Assembly (NCBI GenBank): GCA_963662545.2
Contig: CAXXLL010000002.1
Location: 416,001 to 480,000, forward strand
Direction: 5' to 3'
From: Gammaproteobacteria bacterium
GTDB taxonomy: Bacteria; Pseudomonadota; Gammaproteobacteria; Ga0077536
Length of the DNA stretch: 64,000 nucleotides
The number at the start of each line of letters is the position of its first letter. Position 1 is the first letter of the stretch. The translations under genes were made by a program, and so were the position numbers. A model generated the notes under the pieces. That model did no database searches, was not told the DNA's origin, and was given only the letters and a program-made list of their open reading frames with translations. This document shows positions 10,508 to 20,415 of this stretch, piece after piece.

Positions 10508-11590
10508 TCAAGGGGCAAGATGAGTCCCCGCGATCTCGGCCACGCTGGCGAGGGGGGTCGCGATCTGGCGTTGCGGGAGGCCGGCCGAGCTGAGTTCAAA
10601 CAAAGCGCGCAAGCGGCGATGGGAAGAAACCAACAGGTTGGTCGTTGCCACCGTCACCTTGACCGCGCGGCGTGAGATCTTCACTTCGTCACCACTCGAA
10701 AAACCGCGATTGCGGTCGAGCTTGCGCAAGGTCAATACGGCCATGCCGAGAGCCCACAAGCAGAACCGTCGTACGCCCGCTTCACCGCGCGGGAGAATCA
10801 GCGTGTAGCGCAGCGCATTGCGCAGGTGCCCGTGCGCCGTGGCAATGAGTTGCCCCAGACCCTCCTCGAATTGGGGTCCGCCCATCCCGGGCTTGACGCG
10901 GCTCAAGGTGACGCCTTTCTTCTCGAAGATATCCCGCGGTAGCCAGCACGCGCCGCGCGCACGGTCATCCCAGATGTCTTTCAGGATGTTGGTCATCTGC
11001 AGGCCCTGGCCGAACGAAACCGCGAGCTGCATCATTTCCTTTTCCCGCGGCTTGAGTTCCGTACAGTAATCACAGAACAGTGACGTCAACATCTCGCCGA
11101 CGACGCCCGCAACGTAATAGCAATACCGATCCATAGCCGCCTGGTCATCGACGCCGTCGAGCGTTTCCTGATCCTGGTAGAACACCATCCCCTCGGCCAT
11201 GATGCGCACGCAGCGCGCCATCGCCACGCGCTGGGTATCGTTCAGTCCATGGGTGATACGAATGACGCGGGCCGTTTCACGGATCAATTCCCGTTCAGCC
11301 GCGCTCGCGTGGCCGGCGAGCCGCGGCGCCAGTTCTTCGGCGAAGGCTTGGGCCGCGCTTTCACCCTCGACGATCGCGATAAAGCGTTCTGAAAACGCGC
11401 GTTTGTCGGCGACGGAGAGGTCGGCGTCATCCTCGATGGTGTCGGCGATGCGGCACAGCAGATAGGCGTTGGACACCGCGCGGCACAGCGCGTCCGGCAA
11501 CTGCGGGATGGTCAGCGCGAACGTGCGTGACACCCCCTGCAGGATATGCTGTTGGAATTCCTCGTCTTTTCTGCTTTGGGCAGTGTCCAT
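10508..11590 (-). CDS. Squalene/phytoene synthase family protein (single-enzyme squalene synthase-like)
   Basis: VSRTFAL, YLLCRIADTIEDD, YCYYVAGVVG, GLQMTNILKD. Confidence 0.9.
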   Translation of the reverse strand: MDTAQSRKDEEFQQHILQGVSRTFALTIPQLPDALCRAVSNAYLLCRIADTIEDDADLSVADKRAFSERFIAIVEGESAAQAFAEELAPRLAGHASAAERELIRETARVIRITHGLNDTQRVAMARCVRIMAEGMVFYQDQETLDGVDDQAAMDRYCYYVAGVVGEMLTSLFCDYCTELKPREKEMMQLAVSFGQGLQMTNILKDIWDDRARGACWLPRDIFEKKGVTLSRVKPGMGGPQFEEGLGQLIATAHGHLRNALRYTLILPRGEAGVRRFCLWALGMAVLTLRKLDRNRGFSSGDEVKISRRAVKVTVATTNLLVSSHRRLRALFELSSAGLPQRQIATPLASVAEIAGTHLAP

Positions 11591-11786
11591 TTCGATTTGC
11601 CGCACGGTTGTGGTCTAGCGCGCGAGAAATTCTACACCGGACGGCTAATGACCGCAGCCTGGGCCAAAATAGGCGGGCTAAGCGACTGTCAATCAACGAT
11701 ACTTTCAAAATTGGACGAGCATTGCCAAGCGGAGTGAATTTCGGCGCCGGCATTTCGTCAAATTACTGACTGGAAGGAACGCGAGA

Positions 11787-13223
11787 ATGTCAACCAACGA
11801 CGCCGATGAACGACTGCCGATCAAGATAGACAGCACCAGCAACGGCGAATTCGTGCCGCTGCCGCTGCCCGAAATTAATCGCAAGGCCAATACCCTGGCG
11901 CGCGAGAAAGCATTCGAACACGCGCGATTGTTGGGACAATCCCGCCGTGCCTTCCTACAATCGGCGGCGGGTGCGGCGTCGGTGTTGTTCGCGTTCAATC
12001 AGGTCCATGCCGCGGCGGGCCGCGACGGCGGCTATTTCGAGGTGGCCGCTGAAGCGGCATTTGACGATGCGCTGGCGCTCGAACAACTCGGCGGCAACGA
12101 ATTCGTGTTCGACGTCCAGGGACATTACGTCGTGCCGCCGAACCTCGCGACCACACTGAAACCCAGATGCCGCGCGGATCATGAACACCTCGGCCGCGAT
12201 TACATGCGCTGCATTGGCGCCGAAGCCTTCATCAAAGACATTTTCCTCGACAGCGACACCGACATGATGGTGCTGTCGTTCATTCCCTCGCGGCGCGAGG
12301 CGGAACCGCTCACCATCGCCGAGGCGGCCACCACGCGCGAGATCGTCGAGCGGATGGAGGGTACTCACCGCCTGTTGATCCACGGCCGGGTCAATCCCAA
12401 TCAGGACGGAGATCTGGACGACATGGACGAGCTGGCCGAGCGATGGGGCGTCGCCGCCTGGAAGTGCTACACGCAGTGGGGCCCGGACGGCGTGGGATTT
12501 CACATGACGGATCCGGACACCGGCATTCCGTTCGTGGAGAAGGCAAGGCGCCTCGGCATCAAGACCATCTGCATTCACAAAGGCATCCCGTTCGGCCGGC
12601 GCTCCTACCAGCATTCGGTGTGTACCGATATCGGCGCCATCGCGGCGCGCTACCCGGACGTGAACTTTCTCGTCTATCACGCGGGATACGTACCCGGGCA
12701 AAAGGAAGGACCCTACCGGCCGGGACGGGGCGAGGGCGTGGATGAGCTCATCCGCTCCGTCCTCGACAACGGGCTCGGGCGGGGCAGTAATGTCTACGCG
12801 GAACTCGGCACGACCTGGCGCATGCTGATGCGCGACCCGCAAGAAGCGGCGCACTGCGTGGGCAAGCTCGTCAAGCACCTCGGCGAGGATAACGTGCTGT
12901 ATGGATCGGATTGCGTCTGGTATGGATCGCCCCAGGACCAGATCCAGGCGTTGCGGTCCTTTCAGATCACCACTGAGTTTCAGGAGCGCTTCGGTTATCC
13001 GGCGATGACGCCGGTGCTACGCGCGAAGATCCTGGGATTGAACGGCGCCCGCGTCTACGGCATCCAAGTCGACGAAATCCTCGAGCGCGCGGGACACGAT
13101 GCCGTCGCGCTGTCACGCGAGAATTACCGCAACGACCCGAATCCGCATTTCAAAACCTTCGGACCCAGGACGCGCAGGGAATTTATGGAACTGCTGCGCT
13201 TGAAAGGCGGTTCACGCGCCTGA
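11787..13223 (+). CDS. Amidohydrolase-2 family metallohydrolase
   Basis: DVQGH, CIHKG, VYHAG and YGSDCVW metal-ligand motifs; internal twin-arginine-like SRRAFLQ. Confidence 0.82.
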   Translation: MSTNDADERLPIKIDSTSNGEFVPLPLPEINRKANTLAREKAFEHARLLGQSRRAFLQSAAGAASVLFAFNQVHAAAGRDGGYFEVAAEAAFDDALALEQLGGNEFVFDVQGHYVVPPNLATTLKPRCRADHEHLGRDYMRCIGAEAFIKDIFLDSDTDMMVLSFIPSRREAEPLTIAEAATTREIVERMEGTHRLLIHGRVNPNQDGDLDDMDELAERWGVAAWKCYTQWGPDGVGFHMTDPDTGIPFVEKARRLGIKTICIHKGIPFGRRSYQHSVCTDIGAIAARYPDVNFLVYHAGYVPGQKEGPYRPGRGEGVDELIRSVLDNGLGRGSNVYAELGTTWRMLMRDPQEAAHCVGKLVKHLGEDNVLYGSDCVWYGSPQDQIQALRSFQITTEFQERFGYPAMTPVLRAKILGLNGARVYGIQVDEILERAGHDAVALSRENYRNDPNPHFKTFGPRTRREFMELLRLKGGSRA

Positions 13224-13231
13224 CGCGCCGC

Positions 13232-13795
13232 TCACAAGACCATGACGGGGACGCCAGCGATGTAAACGTGGGCCCAGGCTGCGATGAGAACGTAAATGCC
13301 GAGGCCCGCGACCACGGCGACGACGTCGTAGACCGCCTTGGGTTCGGCCACGACCGGACTGCGACCCGCGCGTTTGACTGCGATCAGATCGACCACGCAG
13401 AAGACGAGAAACGAACCGAATAACAGTATCGACGCCAGGTCGCCGTTGATCAGAAGGTGGGCGAACGCCCAGGTCTTGACCGCTATCAACATCGGGTTTT
13501 TGACTCGGGCCTTGATATACCCCGGCAGATACATCGCCGGTAGCAGTATAAATACGGGCAGCATCAACAGCATCGTGACATGCCGCATCCAGATCGGCGG
13601 GGCCCACACGGCGATCCGCGGCGCGTCGGCATAACCCATCACCAGCAGTACGAATCCCGCTATTGAGATGAGCGAGTACAGGCCTCGGTAAGGCAGTGCT
13701 CCAAGCTTCGCGACGAGCTGGTCGCGCGCGCCGCGGAACATCGTGAACGTGTGTGCCGCGAAAAAGATGACCAGGCCCGCAACTAAGGTCGTCAT
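13232..13795 (-). CDS. NnrU family membrane protein
   Basis: YRGLYSLIS and KNPML...WAFAHLLINGD. Confidence 0.85.
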   Translation of the reverse strand: MTTLVAGLVIFFAAHTFTMFRGARDQLVAKLGALPYRGLYSLISIAGFVLLVMGYADAPRIAVWAPPIWMRHVTMLLMLPVFILLPAMYLPGYIKARVKNPMLIAVKTWAFAHLLINGDLASILLFGSFLVFCVVDLIAVKRAGRSPVVAEPKAVYDVVAVVAGLGIYVLIAAWAHVYIAGVPVMVL

Positions 13796-13966
13796 GGCGT
13801 TACCCCTATTGGTGCGGGGCTAATTATAGAGACGTCGATTGGCGAATGAGAGGGGCTGTTTTCGATGGCGGATCGTTCAGGGCGATAGCGGTCGCGCGTT
13901 GCGGCCGGCGCAGCGGTCACGGATGGTACCATCCGGCGCTTGGTCAAGAGCGGGAGTCAAACGCGC

Positions 13967-14425
13967 ATGGATATCCGGCGCATTACCGAAGTCGGCGTCG
14001 CAGTACGCGATTTGGAGCAAGCCACCCAGTTATTCGTCGACCTTTTCAACGCCGAGGCCGGCGACATCGTGGACGTGGAGCGCTACGCGATGCGTTTTCG
14101 CATGTGTCGCGTGGGAAAGATCGACTTCGAGTTGATGGAGCCGACCGGGGCCACGGGAGTTATCGCGGAGTTCCTCGCCAAGCGTGGTGAAGGGCTCCAC
14201 CACATTGCCTTTGCCATTGACGATATCGAAGACACGATGGGCTCGCTCGGCAAGAAAGGCGTACGCTTCGTGGACGATGTACCAACTCGCCTTCAGCTAG
14301 ACGCCGTGGATTACGCAGGGCGAACGTTTTCTGATGATATCCAGTTCACGTTCTCCCATCCTGCGTCAATTTTGGGGATCTTGTTCGAGTTCATTCAGTA
14401 TCCTGACGGATACCAAACGCCATAA
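13967..14425 (+). CDS. VOC family protein (methylmalonyl-CoA epimerase-like)
   Basis: VGVAVRDLEQA, ELMEP, FLAKRGEGLHHIAF, GILFEF. Confidence 0.82.
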   Translation: MDIRRITEVGVAVRDLEQATQLFVDLFNAEAGDIVDVERYAMRFRMCRVGKIDFELMEPTGATGVIAEFLAKRGEGLHHIAFAIDDIEDTMGSLGKKGVRFVDDVPTRLQLDAVDYAGRTFSDDIQFTFSHPASILGILFEFIQYPDGYQTP

Positions 14426-14535
14426 GTCCGAGGATGAAGATTTACCTAGGAATAGGGTCAGGCTGAAGTGGCCCCAGATACGCGCCCCGGTTTAGAAATA
14501 GATCAACCGTCCTCTTTACGGGAAGCAAAGTAGGC

Positions 14536-15402
14536 TGTTGATTTGCACTGAAAACTGACCCACCTGAAGGGGATATTTGCACCGAAAAATGACCCACGCC
14601 TAGACACTGGCCTGCTCGATGATCGGGCAGGAGACAAAGGAGTGATTGACGTGGCGTTATTGAGTGTGATCCGAAGGTGGCGATTTCGGGAAGGTCTCGC
14701 TATCCGCGAGATTTCCAGACGAACAGGATTGTCGCGGAATACCATCCGTAAATATCTGAGAAGCAAAGTCGTTGAGCCGCAGTACGCGACGCCAAAGCGC
14801 GCCAGCAAACTCGATGCGTTCGAGGACAAACTTGAGCGTTGGCTGGAAACAGAGCCGCGTAAGGGTCGCAAGCAGCGACGTAATCTACGGCAGATGCATG
14901 GCGACCTGGTTGCGCTGGGTTACCGGGGTTCTTACGACCGGGTAGCGGCGTTCGCGCGCGAGTGGCGACGCCAGCAACGGGAAGCGGCACGGGTCGCCGG
15001 CGGGGGTACGTTCGTGCCGTTGGTGTTTGCACCGGGCGAGGCGTTCCAGTTCGACTGGAGCGAAGACTGGGCGGTTGTCGGCGGCGAGCGGATGAAGTTC
15101 AAGGTGGCGCACTTCAAGCTGGCGCACAGCCGGGCGTTTGTGCTGCGGGCGTACCGGCAGGAAACCCACGAGATGTTGTTCGATGCGCACAATCATGCGC
15201 TGCGAGTCCTGGGCGGGGTACCGACGCGGGGTCTGTACGACAACATGAAAACGGCGGTGGACCGAATGGGTCGGGGCAAAGCACGGGTGGTCAACGCGCG
15301 CTTCGCGGCCATGACGAGTCATGACCTGTTCGAGGCGACGTTCTGTAATCCGGCGTCGGGTTGGGAGAAGGGGCAGGTCGAGAAGCAGGTGCAGGATGCG
15401 CG
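14536..15402 (+). mobile_element. Truncated IS21-family element (left end plus 5' part of istA, CDS from 14642)
   Basis: Terminal TGTTGATTTGCACTGAAAACTGACCCAC with an internal repeat at 14576-14597. IstA motifs: HTH, FQFDW, YDNMKTAV, WEKGQVE. No istB. Confidence 0.88.
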
Positions 15403-16271
15403 GCGGTTGACGCTAAACATCATATGATCGTGACGCACGAGGTGACGAACGTGGGTCATGACCGAGCGGCGCTCGCCGCCATGGCAAAGCAAGCGAAGGA
15501 AGCACTCGGTGTTGAGCACCTGGAGGTTGTCGCGGACCGGGGTTACTACAGGAGCGAGGAGAGCCTGGCGTGTGATGAAGCGGGGGTCACGACTTATCTG
15601 CCGAAACCCCAGACCTCGGGCAATCTGGCGAAGGGCCTCTTCGGCAAACGGGATTTCATTTATAAGCCCGATGATGACGAATACGAATGTCCGGCGGGAG
15701 AGCGACTGACGCGCCGCACGGAAACACACCAAGACGGATTAACAATCTACCGTTACTGGGCATCGACGTGTGGTTCATGTGCGCTCAAAGGCAAGTGCAC
15801 GACGGGGAAAGAACGACGCGTCAGCCGCTGGGAGCACGAAGCCGTGCTCGAAGCGGTTGAAGCAAGGTTGGACAAAGAGCCCGCGCGCATGCGCGTTCGA
15901 CGACAGACCGTCGAACATCCCTTCGGCACGTTGAAATCCTGGATGGGGTCGACACACTTCCAAATGAAAACGCTGAAGAACGTGGGTACGGAGATGAGTT
16001 TGCACGTGCTGGCGTACAACATGAAACGGGCGATGGCGATACTCGGGGTTGCGCCACTCATAGAAGCGATACAGTCATAGGAACCCGCCTTTTTCCCGAA
16101 ACATCCTCCGGGTGTTGGATAGACCGCGGCGGCGAATGTCCTTCGCCACTTTGGCGTCGAGTTTCTCAAACGCTGTTGGACGCGCAGAATCAGCGCATCG
16201 TGATGACGCCGCTACCAAACAGCCCGGATGAGCCGTCAAGTGCTCCGCAAAGTGAGTTTATGGACAGCCTG
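15403..16271 (+). mobile_element. 3' remnant of an IS1182-family element (transposase C-terminal half, stop at 16080)
   Basis: AVDAKHHMIV, VADRGY, YECPAG, RRQTVEHPFGTLK, LAYNMKR. The right end ...TTTATGGACAGCCTG is followed by GACC. Confidence 0.85.
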
Positions 16272-16378
16272 GACCCATAACGGACATCAGCGGTAGCGAA
16301 GAAAGCGGAGCTGTCAAGCGTCGGCCTCATAGGTGTTAGGCGGCGCGTCATAAACCAATGTCCAAGTTTAAATTCTGA

Positions 16379-16795
16379 CTAATCGATTGCATCAAGCCCT
16401 GCTTGAGCGCATGCCACATCTTCCTCAACAGTGCCACCGCCCACGCCAATACCACCGACCACTTGTTCATCGATAATAATGGGAAGGCCTCCTCCTACAA
16501 CCGTTGCTCCTGAAAAGTGTGATAACCCGTGCAATAGGCTAGGGTCGTCCTTTATCCAATCGTATAAGCTCTCGGTACCCATCCCAAATAGCGAGGTAAA
16601 TGCCTTTCGTTGGCACCCCTCAATACCCAGGATCGGCGCGCCGTCCATCCTACCGAAGGCGACTAGTCGCCCGCCATCATCGACGACGGCCGCATTCTGT
16701 TTGCAATTGAGCTCCTCAGCTTTCGCGATTGCGGCTGCGATCATCTTTGTGGCCGCTTCGTAGCTTATCGATTGTTTTCGAACCGTATTTGTCAT
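16379..16795 (-). CDS. GlcG/HbpS family heme-binding protein (cassette gene)
   Basis: AVVDDGG, RMDGA, KAFTS, GGLPI...GGIGVGGG...D. Confidence 0.85.
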   Translation of the reverse strand: MTNTVRKQSISYEAATKMIAAAIAKAEELNCKQNAAVVDDGGRLVAFGRMDGAPILGIEGCQRKAFTSLFGMGTESLYDWIKDDPSLLHGLSHFSGATVVGGGLPIIIDEQVVGGIGVGGGTVEEDVACAQAGLDAID

Positions 16796-16884
16796 TTTAG
16801 ATCCCCTCCGTTCATTCAATATGATATTTGCAGCGACGTCGTCCGACCGAAGGTAACGCCCCTTGCGTGAGTATTCTTCTGGCT

Positions 16885-17148
16885 GCCTAACGAGGGTGTA
16901 GAAAAAGTCCCGCAATTCGAAAAAGTGCAAAAATTGGGGGTCTCGAAACCATTGCCTTGATCGAGATCGTCGCTTACAGCGCAACTGGGAAGGTCGAATT
17001 TCTCATCGAATTCTCGGATAGACTTATCCTACAACTTCAACGCTAGGATAACCGGCGTGTTACAGCGGGCTCTTTTGGGACGAAAATGCGAAGCCGACCC
17101 AAAAGAGCCCGCTGTAACACGTCAGGTTGATCCATTGTATGGTGAGGC
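16885..17148 (-). repeat. Integron attC-like site (MITE inserted at its R' box)
   Basis: GCCTAAC at 16885 and a perfect 24-bp inverted repeat (17056-17079 / 17098-17121); the far R box is degenerate. Confidence 0.72.
16892..17038. mobile_element. 147-bp MITE, copy 1, with AAC duplicated on both sides
   Basis: Imperfect terminal IRs GAGGGTGTAGAAAAAGTC / GACTTATCCTACAACTTC; homologous to 17581-17727. Confidence 0.8.
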
Positions 17149-17155
17149 GGATACA

Positions 17156-17575
17156 TTACTCTCGGCATCTTAGCGGTTTGAACCTTATCGGAACTGTACC
17201 CAAAGAACACTGATCCCACGTCTTGTGTTCTGGGTCAAAACGCCAGCCGATGCTCTTTCCCGCGACGTGCTCGTAAACACCTGTAGTTTTCAGTGTTACA
17301 AAGTATGGATTGGAGCCTTCAACGGTGGCGACAAATTCGCCATAGCCGCCTACATTCTTGAGTTCGCTAATATCGGGCATACGTCCAGTTTCTTCATAGA
17401 ACGGCTCAGCCTCCCGTTTGATTCTGTAGAGAATCGTAACGGCTTCTGAAACATGAAACTTTCCTGATGTATCTGGCGAAGGTTGGCTCGGAATCCATAC
17501 CGCGAGAAAGACCGCGGCAATGAATAGTAGGGCGAAAACGTGAAGCGGTTTTATGGGCCCGATCTTCATATCCAT
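17156..17575 (-). CDS. Pilin-domain-like protein without a class III signal peptide (cassette gene)
   Basis: N-terminal TM, SEAVTIL...FYEETGRMP helix and a C-terminal W-x-x-C...P..C disulfide loop typical of pilins; no GFTLIE motif. Confidence 0.55.
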   Translation of the reverse strand: MDMKIGPIKPLHVFALLFIAAVFLAVWIPSQPSPDTSGKFHVSEAVTILYRIKREAEPFYEETGRMPDISELKNVGGYGEFVATVEGSNPYFVTLKTTGVYEHVAGKSIGWRFDPEHKTWDQCSLGTVPIRFKPLRCRE

Positions 17576-17580
17576 CTAAC

Positions 17581-17727
17581 GAGGGTGTAGGAAAAGCCCC
17601 ACAGACTGAAAATGTGCCAAATTCGGGGCTCTCGATACCATTACCCTAACCGAGATCGTCGCTTACAGAGCGTCTGACGAGGCCGAATTTCTGAGCGATT
17701 ATTCGCAACGACTTATCCTACAACCTC
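17581..17727. mobile_element. 147-bp MITE, copy 2, with AAC duplicated on both sides
   Basis: Same length and end types as copy 1; shared core GAGATCGTCGCTTACAG. Confidence 0.8.
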
Positions 17728-17828
17728 AACGCTGAGTTAACCGGCGTGTTACACCGGGCTTTTCTGAAGCGAAAATTGCGCAGCTGCGAAAGAAAAGGGA
17801 ATTACGCAGAAAAGTTGACAGCACCTAT

Positions 17829-17993
17829 TTAGGTGACCTCTTTTATGGTCGGCGTCCCGCTGCGATCTGTACGCAAGACAAAGCGTTTATTAACTTCTGC
17901 TTTCGTTGGGCGCTTTGGGCGTCCAGCCGCAGGCTTTACCTTATTCATGCGCTGTAATGCTCTGGTTGATCGATCAAGCGCCTTTTGTTTCAT
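17829..17993 (-). CDS. Small basic hypothetical passenger protein (54 aa)
   Basis: Read by hand: MKQKALDRSTRALQRMNKVKPAAGRPKRPTKAEVNKRFVLRTDRSGTPTIKEVT. Confidence 0.4.
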   Translation of the reverse strand: MKQKALDRSTRALQRMNKVKPAAGRPKRPTKAEVNKRFVLRTDRSGTPTIKEVT

Positions 17994-18020
17994 AATCTGA
18001 ATATTCTAAAAGTGAGAGTC

Positions 18021-18990
18021 TTAATCGACATTATCTTCGTCTGGCGCTTCTTCGATCTGTAGGAGCGTTTGTTGCTTCACGGGCCTGTATTCTAAAACCT
18101 TCACAACATTGTGCTCCGAACTAAGTTTGTCTCCTTTCATGGTCCAAATATCTTCAATCTCACAAATCAAAACATCTGACTTACTGAACGAAACCTGATT
18201 GTTTTTTACCTTTTGAAGGAAATCGAGATCAGCAATCGTGACAGAAACTGTATTGCCCCCGTCATTGAGTCGCCACTTATTTTTCTCTTTAAACGTGAGA
18301 GATTCTATGGAAAATGCACCTTTCCTTGTGTTTCTTAGTATCTCTTCTTCGCCCTCAATCACAGGAAGGGAAAAGTATTCTTTATCTTCTTTATATATTG
18401 TTTCTATGACGTCCTTGCCAGACTGAATAACTAATTGATCTATACCTTCATATATTGTTTCTATGACGTCCTTGCCAGACTGAATAACTAATTTTATCAA
18501 GTGGGGCGGTAACTTTCTCAATCGCCTTACGGATTGAGGTTTCGTTGTACGCCCGCAGCAGGTCTTTCGGCACATCAAACGATTCACCATCAATCTCAAT
18601 GCGAACGGTCCCGTTTTCCAGGTCGGTTACTTTTGGTGCTGGCCGCCCTTTGAGCCTCTTAATAAGTCGAAATAGTCCATAGGTCGTGACACCAACACCA
18701 CCAATAATGATATCTTTGAGGTTTAAAACGGCATTAACCTCATCGCTGTTGAAAAGATCGGTGAACTGACTAAATAAAGATTGAGCCAACCCGATATCAA
18801 CACTAAAACAGCCTGCTTCAACGGCTTTAACGTGCAAGCGAACATCCACCTTGTCCCCATACAAGAGGCGGCTTGTTTCGTCGAATAATTGGGAAAGGGA
18901 GAGCAACGCTGGGGCCAGATCGCGTACGTCCACCGTGTGGTCTTGTAACGCTTCGCCATCAAACACAATGGTAAACGCTTCGTGAGTCAT
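18021..18990 (-). pseudogene. Hypothetical passenger gene frameshifted by a 43-bp duplication
   Basis: ORFs 18448-18990 and 18021-18599 join in frame (...APLDK-EGIDQLVIQ...) once the extra copy at about 18451-18493 is removed. Confidence 0.7.
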
Positions 18991-19014
18991 GCCAATGTGT
19001 GCCTTGACAAGGCG

Positions 19015-19418
19015 TTAGCCAAAGAAAAAAGTGACAAGTGCCTTCTGACTTAATTGCCAGATTTCATAGCGGTCTTTCTTAACATACATCTGGCAAGATG
19101 ATGTCGTCTCATCCCAGACAGGAACAATCACCATTTCATCGGCGAGATAGTCCATGGAATTAACGATAATCGCCTGCTCGCTTTTCTCGAAGGTAACCCC
19201 ACTTACTTGAGGTTACCGCCTTCACATCGAACTACCTTGAACTGAGTACCGAGCCCATTAGAATTTTGGATATCGAAGAGATAGTTCTGGCGCTTGCGCT
19301 GTGGCAGCCTATTCATTTCTGCAACGTCGTTTTTTGCCGCGAGGTATAGTTCCTCGAATTTAGAGCCAAGGTCGCATCTGCCCCGCTCGGCGACCCAGTT
19401 AAAGGATTCGTTACCCAT
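19015..19418 (-). pseudogene. Hypothetical passenger gene, apparently with two frameshifts
   Basis: The 72-aa ORF appears to continue in other frames (...IVPVWDETTSSC... and ...YEIWQLSQKALVTFFFG*). Confidence 0.4.
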
Positions 19419-20353
19419 CACGATACTAACCTCTCATAGGTGATTGTCTTACCCGACATTGCGCCAAACAAGGCATCTAATCTGCCTTGCGTATCTACTT
19501 CGACGTTGCCTTCATTCAGCCTGAACGAAAACTCGTTAACGTATTTCTGGCAATGCTTCTTGCTCCAGTGGTGATACACGCCGTTGTAGCCGCGCTTAAG
19601 GACCGCCCAGACGCTCTCGATTCCGTTGGTATGTGCCATGCCATTAACGTATTCCTTGGCACTGTGCTTAACGCTCTTGTGGGTGAAAAAGAGACCATCA
19701 AGGTCAGCATACCCTTTGTGATCATCGGTATAAACCGTCGTTCCAACTTCTACGTTTTTGGCGATCTGGCCCTGTAGTGTTTTTTTGTCAATGTTCGATA
19801 TCGGCAGCGCCTTAACCTTCCCGCCGCGCTCACGCAGACCGAGCACCGCCATTTTGCCAACCGCGCCACGGCCAGCGCGGAGTTTCTTGCTGGTGTGTTT
19901 GTTTGACTCTTTGCCGCCGAGGTAGGTTTCGTCTACCTCTACAGCCCCACTCAAGGCTTCCATATCTTCGCCACAGGCCAAACGTAAGCGGTGTAGCATG
20001 TACCAAGCCGTTGTTTGTGTAACAGATAGTTCCTTGCTCAACTGTAGGCTGCTAATCCCTTTACGCGCCGTCATCAGCAAGTATGCGGCAAACAACCACT
20101 TGCGCATATCCACCTTTCCATATTCAAGCGGGGTGTTGGTCCGAGCGGTGAAGTAGCTGCGGCAATACCCACACCAGTAACGGCCGATGTCCTTCTTTTG
20201 CGGTGTGATCTTATCCTCTCCGCCACACCGCACACAGCAAAGCGAATCACCCCAGCGGATTTGCTCAAGGTATTTGATTGCATCCGCCTCGGTTGGATAT
20301 TGCTCCATCAACTCGAAAAGGCTTATTGTTTTTGCTTTTCTGCGTGCCATCAA
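19418..20353 (-). CDS. IS1595-family transposase
   Basis: Zn ribbon CxxC...CxxC, VEVDETYLGG, VYTDD, HTNGIESVW, YVNEFSFR. Confidence 0.95.
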   Translation of the reverse strand: MMARRKAKTISLFELMEQYPTEADAIKYLEQIRWGDSLCCVRCGGEDKITPQKKDIGRYWCGYCRSYFTARTNTPLEYGKVDMRKWLFAAYLLMTARKGISSLQLSKELSVTQTTAWYMLHRLRLACGEDMEALSGAVEVDETYLGGKESNKHTSKKLRAGRGAVGKMAVLGLRERGGKVKALPISNIDKKTLQGQIAKNVEVGTTVYTDDHKGYADLDGLFFTHKSVKHSAKEYVNGMAHTNGIESVWAVLKRGYNGVYHHWSKKHCQKYVNEFSFRLNEGNVEVDTQGRLDALFGAMSGKTITYERLVS

Positions 20354-20385
20354 TGTGTCCTTAATGTGTCAGTTAATATGGCTGT

Positions 20386-20415
20386 ATTATAGGGTATACA
20401 AGAGATGTTTGTCAA
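20386..20415 (-). promoter_or_regulatory. Sigma70 promoter of the IS1595 transposase
   Basis: TTGACA-N18-TATAAT on the minus strand, with the -35 inside the IR. Confidence 0.65.
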
